A stretch of 63,447 nt of DNA, counting the filler, from Reticulomyxa filosa (lineage: Eukaryota > Protista > Foraminifera): the NCBI GenBank assembly GCA_000512085.1. It is 19 parts of 19 records of this genome, joined end to end, with 100 filler letters (N's around TTAATTAATTAA, not from the genome) between each part and the next. Parts side by side here need not be neighbours in the genome. Positions count along the whole stretch, not along the records: positions 13,531 to 21,032 come from ASPP01047029.1; positions 21,133 to 22,686 come from ASPP01006807.1; positions 22,787 to 24,428 come from ASPP01048556.1; positions 24,529 to 26,947 come from ASPP01003003.1; 15 more parts are not named here. The stretch is one strand, 5' to 3'. The translations under genes and the position numbers were made by a program. Under the pieces are notes generated by a model. That model was not told the DNA's origin. It saw nothing but the letters and a program-made list of their open reading frames with translations, and ran no database searches. Below are positions 13,431 through 27,047 of the stretch, piece after piece (within the stretch, counting starts at the first letter, position 1; the number at the start of each line of letters is the position of its first letter).

Positions 13431-14029
13431 NNNNNNNNNNNNNNNNNNNNNNNNNNNNNNNNNNNNNNNNNNNNTTAATTAATTAANNNNNNNNNNNNNN
13501 NNNNNNNNNNNNNNNNNNNNNNNNNNNNNNAAAAAAGGGATTTCCTGAGTTACGCAGGAACTTCACTTTACACTGTTAGAGCCTTACCCTACATCTTTAT
13601 ATTTTACATTGTATAACTTTTGAGCCAATCGGAAAATGAAAATCAATAATTGTTTTCATTTTTAAATACAATAAAAACTGTTGTCACTTTCTATTTGTTG
13701 ATTTTCAATTTACTAAAATTTGACAACTCATTGTTAATTTCAAATATCAATTGGCGAATTTTTAACAAGCCAAACAATTTCTGATATTAAAAAAAATGTT
13801 TCAGCACTACCAATTGTAAATTTTTCTCAAACAAATTTTATGTTATTATAAGACTTTTTTTGTATTTTGAAAGTTGTGAGTGATAAAATTTTTTTTTGGA
13901 AGTTTTAGAACCTTGATTTTTTCATTTAAGAATGTAATTTTTTTTTGACATTATTGTAACATTATAAAGGCAAGTAATAAATCATTTTTTGATTTGTTTA
14001 ATTTACGCGGTCGATGATGAAATAGTCAG

Positions 14030-16916
14030 TTAGTCTTGTCGTGTCATGAGTTGTGAAAAGAGAGACTTTCTTTTTTCTTCATCACTAACCTTAAGAAGTC
14101 GTTTGACAACCTTTTTTTTGACGCCATAAAAAGGTACTCTAGTGCCATTGATTTTGCTATACCACCAAAGTCTTGGTTTGGAAAGTAATTCACTTTGTTG
14201 TTTCATCTTAGCGATTTGAGTAGCTGACATTTTGCCACGCTGTGATTTCCACTTTCTCATTTCTTCTTTTTCTTCTTCAGTGAGCAAGCGTACAGCAGCA
14301 TGTTCAAATGGAACCAAGCGATGATTAATTCCGCTCGTCGCGCTTGTGCGCATTTTGATGTGTGGAAAAACACGATATCGATCAACGAATGCGTCTAACT
14401 CGATAATTGGTTTTCCCTCATTCAATGCAGTTAAAAACACAGCAGCAATAAATGCATCCTTGTCAGTGACTAACGCAGATACTTTGGACAAGGGTTGGTC
14501 AATTCCATTTTTGACAATTGAGCTGTTTCGTGTGTTCACTCGTCCTTTTTTTTTTTTTTTTTTAAAAAAAAAAATAGTTGAATATAACGTATGCAAAGGA
14601 TACATATATGTATGTACATACATATATATGTACATATATATGTATATATTAAAGTGAAATGAAGTAACAACAGCAACAAAATAATAAATAAAACCTGTTC
14701 GTCCGATTCTCTGTAAGAAAGTCCTGGGATTATGTGGGAAGTCAAAGAGAATGACATGATTGACATCAGTGGTGTCCAATCCTCGCATGGCGGCGTCAGT
14801 GGCGACAAGAATGGATACTTGACCGTCTAAAAATCTTTGAAACTTTTGTTTGCGAACTTGGGCTGACTGAAAGGCAAAGAACACTTCGTGATTGTATCCA
14901 AACTGTTCCAAGGCGAAGCCGATCTTCGCAGCGGCCCTTTTGGTTCGAACAAAGACAATCGTTTGTTGCGGCAGACGTGGCGAGTCTTTGTTCAATTTGA
15001 ATTGCAGCAGCGAATCGTCGCGCAAATTGGCGTATTGCTTTGCCAATTTGGCATTGAATTCGATTTGCTCCAAACGAAGGATTTGTCGTAGCAATTGAAG
15101 CTTCTCTGCAGACTTGGCATTCCAAAAATGCAAGTTCATTGTGGGCAGCACGCAATGCAGATTGTCGCCCGTGAGAAATGGTACTTTGTTTGAATCAATG
15201 CCAATATCATTGCATATATTGCTTTTATTGTATTCATTCATTGTTTTTTTTTTTGTTATTGTTATGTATAAACAGCATAAAGATAGATAGATAGATAGAT
15301 AGATAGAGCAAACTCTTTGTCTTTTTTGGTAATGGTCGCGCTGTTCACAATCAAGTATCGCGTTTTGACATCACTGGACGTGGCCGAGCGTGATCCAGAT
15401 TGGACGCAACGCGCGCTCTGCAACACTGGCTTGACGTGCTTCTCCCAAAAGCCCTCGTTGAATAACACGTCGCCCTCGTCCAACACTACGTAGCGACAGT
15501 CGGTCAGTCGAAAGTCTGTATAGGTCTGCATGTGCGTGTACACGCGCTCCGGCGTGCCCACCACAATGTCGACACCCGACATGAGCTTCTCATGCTGTTT
15601 CGACATCGGCTCCCCCGCCACCAACATGCACGACGATACGGGGCTGTGCTGCGTGCTGTCGTGAATCACTTTACGTATCTGCATGCACAATTCACGTACA
15701 GGTGCCAATATCAAACAACGAGGACGACTCACTCTTTTATATACACATATATATATATATATATACAATACATATATATATATACATATATATTATTCTG
15801 AGTAAAATTGTAAAGTACTTACCGGAGTGGTATTTGATGGACAAGCTCATCTTTTTTTAACGCTTCGAGAATAGGCAAGAGGTAGGCCAGCGTTTTGCCA
15901 GTGCCGGTTTGATCGCCGAATACGGTCATGGACACAGCTTCTATCTCTTTGCTTTTTTTGGCATGGTGTTTCTTGTCGGCTGTGGAATCGTCCGACGCAA
16001 TCACTTTCATTTGTCGCAACAAATGTGGAATTACTAATCTTTGGATTTGTGTCGGATGACTCACTCCAAAGTTCTCTTCGATCGCCTTGCACAATGGCAA
16101 TTGCACTCCCAATTCCGAAAACGTAAATGGTACACCTTCTTCGTCCACTGTTGTTTCCTTTTCACTTTTGTCCAACGGGCTAATCGCTTTTCTACTTTTT
16201 TTTTTCTCATTGCTTCACGCACTTGTTTCAATTCCTCTGACCTCCTTTCTTTTGATTCTTCAAACGCATCAAAATCATTTTGAGTGTCGCCTTTATTTAT
16301 TTATTTAATTTTTTTTTTTTTGTTACAAGTGTTTTGGAAATTTCCGTAAATTTATTGGACAGAGAAGGAACGCAAAAAAAAAAAATCAAATCACGAAACG
16401 CATAATCATTTCTTCCATTCTCATTTCTTGTTCCTCGTCGGTAGGCTCAGAAGGTCGTGAACGAGTTGGTAGAGACACAGGTTCGTAGCCGAGCTGAGCT
16501 TTTAATTTGACCTTGCGCAGGTAATCTCGTTGTCTTTGTAACAATACTTTCTTTGCTTGCTTGCGTAGCTTTTTTTTCAATTTTTTTGGATCGATGCTCA
16601 CGTTCAACGCTTTTACGCTGCTATTTCTGGAGCGAACTGTTATTGGGTGCAGTTTTGCTGTTATTGGATCGACAACGGCACTTACTTTTTCTTGCTCCAA
16701 TTCTTTTGCTGCTTCTTCAATTTGCTTTGGTGTGTACAACTTTGATAATATATCGTCGCTGTTGGTCGAACTGCTCGTGCCTCTTGGACTTGTCATTCTA
16801 CCCTTTTGTGTTGAAAGGCACATGAAACTGTGCAGAAAAACATTGTTGACATGATATGGGAAAATTCTAATGTTTGATTTTAATGAACAAATGCGTTGTA
16901 AGTCAAATTTTAACAT
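14030..16916 (-). CDS. DEAD-box RNA helicase, RH50/RH39/DDX28-like (probably organellar), multi-exon
   Basis: Q motif TFSELGV..PTQIQ; motif I GDQTGTGKTLAYLLP; Ia APVRELCMQI; Ib GTPERV; II LDEGD; III SAT; V ATDAAMRGLD; VI QRIGRTGR (spliced). Start ATG at 16916 is inferred. Confidence 0.9.
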
Positions 16917-17240
16917 CCCCAAATAAAAAAAAAAAGAAAAGGCAACTACCCCGTACACGAAAGCATTATCTTAACTTTCAACCAAATCTCCAAAGACTCA
17001 CATTGAAACTGAGAAAATTACAGTGGTATCAGCTTAACAAAAGTTAAGTCCAATTTATTACTACAAGAAAAAAAAATTGCTGTTGTATTTATTTTTGATA
17101 TGTTAAACTTTCTTTACCTTTAAATTGTGATTTTTCCTTTTTTCCTTCATTTTTTTTAGTTTGGGGGCAACAACCGGAACAAAGAGAAAGGGCCTTGCAA
17201 AAATTTTCTGGGCAGATTAGGAGAACGAATAGATAGTGAC

Positions 17241-17974
17241 ATGCTTCCTTCCTTCAATGACCAGCGCCGGACTTTAACAAATATCGTTTTTCAGGCGCGA
17301 AATGTGCAGGACGTGGCAAAACTGTTTCATTATATTCCTTTTGAAGCACTGAAAACACATTTAAGGGAAACCTTGACCGATGCCTCTGATGAGGTGATCC
17401 ACAAGGCATATCTGGAAGTTCATAACATAGGTGTGAAATCTCGCAAAAAAAAAAAAAAAGGGTGAGGGGGAGGGACACTTATGGTTACTGTAAACAAAAG
17501 AAAACGCAATGTTCTATTTTGGGCACATACATAATCAAAAAAGAACACATATTGCAAGATGAAATATTGGGACATATTTGTAGCTTTTTGCCGATATTAG
17601 AAAGGTATGTGTTGGCACGGGTATCGAAAATCTTCCATCGATTGATCTACCGAGGAGCGCCGGCGGACGACGTGAGTAACTATCAAGTATGGACATGCTT
17701 TGACGGGAGCATTGGAAACAACGAAGAAGAAAGTCGACCAATGACGAGTTCTTCAAGCAAACCAAAAACGCATTATCAATTGATGATTCAGCCAATGTTG
17801 TTTCTATATCCAAAAGAATATGAAATTTATCTGAAAATCAATCCGAATGACCAAAATACATTGGACTATTTTTTAACAAAGCTATCAAAGTGTATGGTGA
17901 ATTTGAAATTTGGATCACAAGTTAATTTTTGTATGATTAAATGTGGCAGTGGGATTAGAAACAAAGCAAAGCAA

Positions 17975-18017
<43 letters not shown>

Positions 18018-20087
18018 GTATGAATTTAACCAAACTGTTATTGCGACACTATGCATTAAATGATTCAAGTCATAACAAACGAATGGAAACGACGGTGTCA
18101 AGCAAAAAAAGAAGTCACGAAGAAATGCAAAAAGAAGACACATTCAATCAATGCTTCAGTCCCGAAAATGAAACCAATTATGGGAACAGACATCCATTAA
18201 CACTGGAAAGTCCAGTCAAAAAAAGACGGCTGAGTAGCCATTTGAGTCGACAATTGAACAACGCCTTGCGAAATGAACTGCGGAACACGCATCATCCCCA
18301 GGTCTCTCTTATGCTTTTGCAAATGCAACGAATGTTGGATTGTGACATTCAGTTATTTCAAGTATTGCGTTTTTCTTTTTTCTCGGAATCACTGGAATAT
18401 ACGCACGCACACACACACACACACATACTGTAAACACCATAACAAATATAACCACATAACCACATAACGACATAATACAAAAAAAAAGGAGTTTTGAAAC
18501 GACAAGAGAACCGGAAATGGAATCCAAGACATCTGTCGAACCAACAGGCCACTGGACGAGCTTGTCCAAAGAGGGAACTGATATCTCCGACTCAAAACAT
18601 ACCAAAAGTGTAGTTTTGCCAATGTCCACAAACAACTGCTCGTCGATTGTCGAAAAATTGTGTCAATGGCTGCATAATTTGAAGGCCATTGCATTTATTC
18701 ACAATGATATCATTGATGTCAACACGTTTCTGCATCGATATCAACCCAAATTGTTGTATGTCAGTATTGACAGTCTGCGCTGCGAGCATGAAAGAGATGG
18801 ATTTGATTTGTTGATTAACACGAACACTATTATTAACATTAACGCTAACACTAATACTAACAATACTAATGCCAATCATCATCACTATAATAACAATAAC
18901 AATAATAACACCAACAATAATAATACTGTGAATACACTTGTGAATATTACTAATCACAATAACAATAACAACAACAACAACAACAACAATAATAACAATA
19001 ATAATAACAATAACAATATTAACAACAGTGATGATCTTCATATTCCATTTCCGGGCCCAGAGTCATTAGGAATTAAAAAAAAAATTGCACATGAAGAGAA
19101 GAGTGAAGACTTGAGCCATGTCGAGATCACTTACACTGACATACAAGCACTGCAAATCTTCAGTAGCTATTCGGTCATCGAATTGAAAACCATTCGTTCT
19201 TTACTTCGGCACGTCAAATTCTTAGGATTGGATTACGATTGTCACGACCTTGTCACATTGCAACAATTCCAAGAGATTTTATCCAAAGAGACTAAATTGT
19301 TGCATTTGAGCATCACTGGAAAGTTTTTTCAAAAAATCAATCTTTTTATTTTTTTTATCTCATTGAAAATCCTTTTGTTTATATTCATACAATGAATCGC
19401 TCCATCAGGATGGGGAGGAGGACTTACTGTTCCAAAACCGGTCCATTCATTGGTAGTGCAACGGTGGTTCACTAACTTTAGCGGTTTAACATTTGAAGGG
19501 GACGTCCAAGTCGACAATCAACAACACTCAAACGAACTCAGCGAATTGGGCGAAATTAAAATGCTACTTAATTATCATTGTCCCAAAAATACGTGGCTAA
19601 TTAATGATCAGCAAAGCCAGTTCTTAAATCGTCTAAAAATGGTGACCTCTTTGAAAATTATTCACCTTGTCATGATTAAAGAAGATCTAATGAATAGACA
19701 ATATAATAGCTACTCCAGGTCAATTTGTCCACAGAATCAAACAAAACACTCTTTCGTACATTTGATTTAAACACACATATATGTATATATAATTACGTGT
19801 GTATTCACTTGCTTTGCTATATCAATAAAACTAGAACTCGAGGATATTGCTCATTTCCAGTGTTTGACAAAGCTTGGCACAATAAGCTATCTGTCATTTG
19901 TCCACGTGAATGTGCTGAGAACAAAGTCTTCTGCTCCTATTTCCCAACTGCACAATTCTTTTCCTGTGATATCATCATTCGAAATCCATATTATACCGAT
20001 GAAGAATGGCAAACTCGTTTGAAGATTATGCAATGTAGTGACATGTTTTTGATCGCAACACCCTCTGAATTGAAACATCCGAGATAA
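17241..20087 (+). CDS. F-box-like protein with poly-Asn tract, multi-exon
   Basis: ILQDEILGHICSFLPILERYVLARVSKIFHRLI fits the F-box consensus. Consecutive + strand ORFs are separated by GT-AG AT-rich introns. Confidence 0.6.
18890..19026 (+). repeat. (AAT/AAC)n coding microsatellite, poly-Asn
   Basis: In-frame AAY runs inside ORF 18517-19395. Confidence 0.9.
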
Positions 20088-21132
20088 AGAAAAATTTCAC
20101 GACTTCTGTTTTTTTTTGTTATTCTTCTTTGTACAACCTGTGAGAAGAAATTACAATCTACTAACCTTTTTTGTTTCGTATTTTTGATTTTTTTCTTAAC
20201 AAAAAAAACTTGTTTCGGCAGAGTTTTTTTTTAATTGTTTTTTTCGCTGTGGGTTTTCTCTTCCCCTTTGCTTTAAGTGTAATCAATGTGCAGCAGGTGG
20301 AGTGTTGGATGAACTGTTCCATGTTACCACACGTACATTTGCAGTTTTTCATCTAGAAAGATGTCAACAGTGCTGTGTTTGTCAAAAGGAATCAGCTCAA
20401 TTACACCAACACATTTTATAATATCAAAAAATCAAAACCATTGGCTTCTTCACAAAGAACTGCTATTTTGATTGTAGGATCACGCACAAATTATCCTTGT
20501 TACAGGTTTGAATTTTTCAAACACAGCCGAAGTGGTTAAAGAACAAAAGAATAATGAAGCGTTCTCCAAAAATGGAACCGCTATTACCTTCAGCGGACAA
20601 TTAACAATATATTAGGGAACCAATCAAAAACTTGCAAAGATAGCACATTTTTGGCAAAAATTAGAGTATTTGAAAGAGCATAGTTTACCATTTCAAAAGA
20701 TTTCAAGTTTTTGTCTTCAGCAAATTTGTCATCTTTTTTATGTCTTTTTAAAAAAATTAAAAATGTCACATAATCTGATATGTAGAAGCCACAACACCAA
20801 AAACATGACAAACATTTCCGTTACAATTATTCGAATTTTGTATATATTTATCCAAAATCAAGATAAAGCTGCATTTGTTGTTAGTGCTTTCAAGCAATCT
20901 ACCATTAAAAATTTACAAGTTTCTCAATTTTTGCAATATCAATCTATGCATGTATGCAAAACTTGATATAAGTTTGACATCACAATCTGAATAGTTCCAT
21001 ACCGCAGATGATGACGATGAAGTCTCAGGTTTNNNNNNNNNNNNNNNNNNNNNNNNNNNNNNNNNNNNNNNNNNNNTTAATTAATTAANNNNNNNNNNNN
21101 NNNNNNNNNNNNNNNNNNNNNNNNNNNNNNNN

Positions 21133-21174
<42 letters not shown>

Positions 21175-23189
21175 TGTTGCAGTACCTAGTTGTTCTGTGC
21201 TTGTCTTCCTTCAAAATACCTTTTTTTCACGATGATGAAGGATGTTTAAATTAATTTTTTTTTAATTTACAGCATGAAGGATTTCAATCTCGCCCTTTCG
21301 TTTCCAAGAATCATTTGCAGATCCATCGAACATTTTCGTAAATCGAAAGACTCCAATCAAAATATTGGGAAACCATATGAGTAATTATTGAAAATGACGT
21401 ATTTTGAAGGAAGACAAGCACAGAACAACTAGATACTGCAACATCTAGCAGTATCTGAAAGAAGCTCGAAGTTAATCTTCGATTATTAACAACAATTTTC
21501 GTCGTCAGCAAGATTGTGGCAAAACGGAAACAAAGACAAAGATACAAAGAAAATACTTTCAAATTAAAAAAAATTTTTTTATCAGATATATACAAGATAA
21601 AAACCCCAAAATGCACAGCCGATTAACAAAATTGAGCCACTTTTCTATTAAATAAGCCGAAATGACAATATCAACAATATTTACATGATTTTCTTTAATA
21701 ATAAGTGTTTAAATTTTATTTTTTGTTTTAGTTTGCTTTAATTTGTTAAAAGAATTGAATCTCAATATTTCCCTGAGATTACATGTAAAGTGGTGTGAAG
21801 ATGAAGAAAAAATTTGGAACATTTCCTGATGGAATGTCCACATTATCAAGGACTTAGAATGATTTCGTCTGTTGATCGATTATCAACGTCAGGTTAATTA
21901 GTTACAATAGATTTCTTATTCTGCAGTCTTTGATCATTGTTGCTTTTTCTTGTGTTCTTCTTTCTATTAGTCATTCTTATTTTCATTTCAATTTAATCTT
22001 TTTCCTTTGGCAGCATCAGTATAAGAATAATTTCTTGCTTGCCGCTGCGTATTTGATTTAACTGGAATGGGTTGATATACCTTCTTCAGGAATGCATCTT
22101 CCTTGTTGATTTAATACCAAACTTTTCTCTTGCTTTGCGAATCACATCACATTGCAATGAATCGCTTGGATACTGCTTTCTGCTTGTGTCGTTTTTATTT
22201 CTGTATTTTGCTACCTCGTGGTTTGCAAAAAAAATATTAGGTTCCTTCATCATTGGCAACTGAAAGCCAAAACTAGGGAAAAAAGCCAACGCTTTAGGGA
22301 AGTGACAAAAATGTCCAAATACATCTCCCATGGCATGAAAGATCCTTCTGCTCCGAGCGAAGCTTCGTTTGTTACTTTTGTAACATATTGTAATACTAGC
22401 GTGAATTCAACTTATAACATTCTCTCTATCTAAAAAAAAATCCACAATACTTACCTTTGGGCTTTCGCGAGTTGATACTCCCCGAAGCAGGGCATATCTA
22501 TTCACTTCATGATTAGCGAATGTCTACGATAAATGTCACATCTTGGCTGCCTTACAATTCTTTGTTTACCATCTCGGTTTTCTTTTTATTCAATTTATCT
22601 ATTCTTGACATCATTGAAGTTTTGAGCCAGTCGGATTGGTTGCTTGTGAAGGCGATCCGGCTCTACTGCAAAAAAAAAAAAAAAAANNNNNNNNNNNNNN
22701 NNNNNNNNNNNNNNNNNNNNNNNNNNNNNNTTAATTAATTAANNNNNNNNNNNNNNNNNNNNNNNNNNNNNNNNNNNNNNNNNNNNAAAGGGGAAAAGGG
22801 GATGAATAATGGAAAGAAGAAAAAAAAGAGCAGCAAGTGATAGCGCTCAAGAGAAAAAAAATATATAATTGTTGGATTGGCAAATCGCCAAAGAGGACGC
22901 GAAATGTAAGCTACAGTCGCGACGAACAAGTGGAGAGATCGTTATGAAATGGAGCAAACTTTAGCTAGTCATGACAATCGAAACGCATATATTGGTGCTC
23001 GTTTAAAAACTGGTCGGATGCGTATGCACTTTCTCAACTTTGGATTTTAGACTGTATATATATTGATTAGATTAATCGTCGCAACGAATACGAAAAATAA
23101 TGAAAAAAATATATAAACATGGTACTTCATCATTAAATCGACAATGCAAACATTACTAACTTGATGTGTGCCTAATCACAACATAGAAA

Positions 23190-23680
23190 ATTTTTTAAGT
23201 ACAAAGTCAATAATATCTCGTGGAACATTTGGCAATATTTTACGTGTTCAAGCCCGGAAAGTTGTATCGTGCACATAAACTGCGAAAGAAATCCCACCAA
23301 GAAGAAAAAAAGAAAATGTTGCAATACGCAAAGTAGAAAGTGTGGTACCGCAACGGCGACAGAGAATGAGCGTAAGTTGATGAAAAAATGAATGGAAGTT
23401 CAGGAAACACTTACGTCGATCAAGAAAGAACATTACATGAATATTGACTCAACTTTGAGAAAGAGTCTTGCGAAACTCCGTAAAGACTTGGCAAGCAAGA
23501 ATAGGAATATGATGAATAGAAGGAGGAGGATATGGAGAAGAAAGATACTTTTGCGTTAAATCTGTTAAAAAAAAAATTACAGATTTGTTGATTATGGTTA
23601 TGCACTGGTCTTCACACCTGCGAGTGTAAATTTCGTGATCCCAGACATGCAATGCTTTCTCATATGACGCGCCAGTCAAA
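23190..23680 (+). pseudogene. Decayed protein-kinase pseudogene
   Basis: ISRGTFGNILRVQARK..CT*TAKEI (Gly loop, then in-frame TAA 23276-23278 just before the AxK-like Lys); ENERKLMKK; FVDYGYA (DFG-like, about 23590). Several stops and frame changes. Confidence 0.45.
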
Positions 23681-24817
23681 GATAATAAATATGTTGTGGA
23701 AACGTCAAGAAGTAGTAATCCGAAAAATTGAAAATAACTTGTCATCAACATAGATGTAAACAAATCTCTGGCGCTGTGTCACTCCAACGATTATCCGCAA
23801 AGATTGTGTTAAACAGCAATTTACAACTTCAAAGACAAGAGAAGCTCGGTTGTTAAAAAATGGCGCAAACTACTAGTGTCGAAACTGGTAGTGTTCCTGA
23901 GTACGTTTGCGACTTTGGTTTTTAATCTGAGTATATTGCTGATTTGAAGAATCGTTAGTACCGCCAGAGGCGAAAGCAAGTTCGCCAAGAAGAAAAAGAG
24001 AACGTGGTATATCGTGCAAAGTGGGAGAAGTTGTGGTGAAACTATGTCAACACAGCTGCAAGCAAGAAGAAAAATGCTGTTATGAGGATGATGAATAGAA
24101 AAAAAATATTAAGTACGCATCACTTTGAATTTGTTTTTTTTAAAAAAATAACTAGTTATACGGATTTGTTGAGTTTGGCTATAGAATTATCCTTCATACC
24201 TAGAAACGCGCAAAGTCGCCGCTCGCGGGCGTGAACTAACTTCCCATATCGCACACAATGGAAAATTCTAAACGATTGCGGCAATTTCAAGTCGTGGCAG
24301 TTTGAAGCATTGTAAAGAACGTTTGGCATCAACAAGACGCACAAAGTTTCTAGGGATAATGGTTGGCGCGGCACAGTGCCAAAGAAAGTGTCAAACTGGA
24401 TCTATATGTGCCAATGAACAGTGAACACNNNNNNNNNNNNNNNNNNNNNNNNNNNNNNNNNNNNNNNNNNNNTTAATTAATTAANNNNNNNNNNNNNNNN
24501 NNNNNNNNNNNNNNNNNNNNNNNNNNNNTATTAATTGAAGAAAAAGAGATTTGAGTTGATATACCAAACAGAGACTAACACTTCAGAAAGATGACATAAT
24601 GCGAACTTAAAAACGAGTGGTTTTAAGTTTTGTTGAGTTTGTTATATTTTCTGTTCTTGTAATATTTTCAATAAAAAACCGTTGTAACATTAGAAGTTAT
24701 GTCTGGTCGAAAAGGTCAAATTTTAATATCCTACAAAAACAAAATTCAAGGGGAGAAAAAGTTAATATATTACTTATTTCTCCTTCGAATAACATCGCAA
24801 TAAGATCAGATACATTT

Positions 24818-25899
24818 CTATTCTTTATTGTGTGGTGAATAAGATTGGTCAGGACCGAAAACGTAATCTTTCACTTCAGTAATATTTTCACTGCGAACTA
24901 ACAGCTCCTAGATATTCACACACATCCATGTTTTTAAAGGCATGAAAACTCGCTCAAAGAACTGGGCGCACATACAAGAGCAAAAATGGTTAAATCTCTT
25001 TAATTTACAAAACTTTGGTAACAGCAGCAGGAGTCAGCTGAGACTTGAAATCTTCATCCAATTGAAAAGATATGTGTTTTACCTATTTATGTTTAGGATA
25101 TGGACATCATTTTTTTGTTTATACATCAGCATACAAGCAAAAACAAACAAAATAAACAATATTTCTAAACTGGAAAAACACCATTGATTTTTTCAGTGTA
25201 ACTCGAGGCTTTTGCCTTGTCAGTTGGTTTCACCTTATTTGTCGCTAAGCGAAAGTAGCAAAATTTTGTATACTCTGTAGTTTTTTCGCATACAAGTATA
25301 TGTTAATTTTTTTCTTCCGATTTTCAATTATGAAAATATCGCAGACAAGAAACACACGTGATTTATCACTGCCGTGAAGTATCACTTTGAAAACTCCTGC
25401 CAAAAATTTTTCTTGGTTCTATGGTAAAAGTAAAACGCACGATTCGAAAGCGATGTCATTAAAAAGCAAACACGAAAAAACATCACACAAGCAGATGAGG
25501 AAACAAATTTCCCAACATACAGATTCCAGAGTTTTCACCAGCTCCGATAATCCTCCTTCCCCACTATTGAAGCCAAGAGTTCAAACATGAAAGGTATTTG
25601 CGATATAGCGCTGTTTTTTTATGAAAAAAGATCTAACCTACCCAAATGGGTCAGTGTGGGCTTCTTGTTATTAACTATTATCATTTGTTTGTTTTTTATT
25701 GTTGTTATTGCGTTTTGATACAAGGACAGATCCAAAAAAAAAATAATTGTTAGATAGTTCTCTAAGGTATTTTGGAGATCAAACGCTCACATTTGAATTC
25801 AGCCACTTGCCAGTTGGCGCTTCCTTTTGATACATTTTTCCAAGCGGCTGTCACATTTTCATCAATTTCCATAGCGCCTTTAGTGGGTGCTTGCGTCAT
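24818..25899 (-). CDS. Coactosin-like ADF-H actin-binding protein, 7 exons, 170 aa
   Basis: Exons 25899-25791, 25674-25638, 25563-25521, 25418-25358, 25274-25171, 25082-25014, 24907-24818; all GT-AG and phase-compatible. Product MTQAPTKGAMEIDENVTAAWKNVSKGSANWQVAEFKFNNKKPTLTHLGSGEGGLSELVKTLESNQEKFLAGVFKVILHGSDKSQYTKFCYFRLATNKVKPTDKAKASSYTEKINGVFPVKHISFQLDEDFKSQLTPAAVTKELLVRSENITEVKDYVFGPDQSYSPHNKE matches the coactosin pattern (NW, GSGxGG..EL, KF....V.P..KA..S). Confidence 0.85.
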
Positions 25900-26293
25900 T
25901 TCTTTTGCTAGAGAATAAAATAGATATATGCTCTAATTTCAAATAATTTAACAGGAAGAAGTACAAACTGCCTTTGAAAAGTTTGTTTTAGAAGCGCTTT
26001 TTCATAAAAGCTAGTGCACACGCTGAAAATCTCGATTTTTGAGAGTAATTCTGGTTCATTTGTCGAATATATACACCTTAAAGTAGATAACATAAGATAA
26101 ATAGCTTGACTGCATGGCCGTTAACTCGAGTGCAAAACATAAAAGAATCCTTTTGAGTGGCTAAAGAATCGCAAAGTGATTTGTAAGTTACTAAAGGGCT
26201 TGTCCTTGAGTGTTTAAAAATTGAAAAGATTTGAGTATATAGTAAACATTATTAATAGAAAATAGAATTAATCACGCCAATTATTTTTTTAAT

Positions 26294-26900
26294 ATGAGTG
26301 TGAAGGCAAATTGTGAGGTATCAATGCAATCAACCTTTTCATATTGCTTTTTTTTTTTAGTAGGAAAAGAGTGTGTGTGCGAAATAACACTATATATAGC
26401 AATGGGATCAGTTTGTAAACCAGTTGAAAACAAAAGCAGATTTAAATAAAGAAGCAATTGTTTGTATTTGGTGGAAAGTTAAAAGATAGCGAAAACATGA
26501 AAACAAAGAGGAGTGAAAGTCCAAGGAGCTCCTCGTCGAACAAAAGGATGAAAGAGGAAGCGGAAAGAGCAATGTGTTTTTTTTTTGTATGTATGTGTAT
26601 ATGTATAATATGCAAAAAGGACGAGAAGGGTAATCGTAACGAATTGACAAGCCTTGAAGAATGGAATATGATTGGGAAAAAAGTGCAAAAAAGAGAAGAA
26701 GAAAGGGGAAGAGGAAAATTGGACTATGTGAAGGTATCACTCAACATTGATTTGTTAGCACACGATGCCAATGAATGGTTGTCGAGACAAGGACATTTGC
26801 ATGACATGAATGGACACATCATCCCAAATGCATACGAAAAGGGGTTCACCCCACTGCTTGTAAAAACGTTGGAAATTGGAAAGCCACTATGCAAACCAGT
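26294..26900 (+). CDS. Hypothetical protein, 5' exons (possible PB1-like N-terminus), 3' truncated
   Basis: Tentative splicing MSVKANCE|QWDQFVNQLKTKADLNKEAI|DEKGNRNELTSLEEW... The acidic DExG motif only weakly resembles the PB1 OPCA motif. Confidence 0.35.
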
Positions 26901-27047
26901 TAATATATATATACAATATATATATATATTTATATGTGTATATGATANNNNNNNNNNNNNNNNNNNNNNNNNNNNNNNNNNNNNNNNNNNNTTAATTAAT
27001 TAANNNNNNNNNNNNNNNNNNNNNNNNNNNNNNNNNNNNNNNNNNNN

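Noticed and set aside
21133-22686. Coding-like fragments and splice-like sites on the minus strand
   Set aside because: Frames are interrupted by stops and I recognise no motif; possibly decayed sequence, but not supportable.
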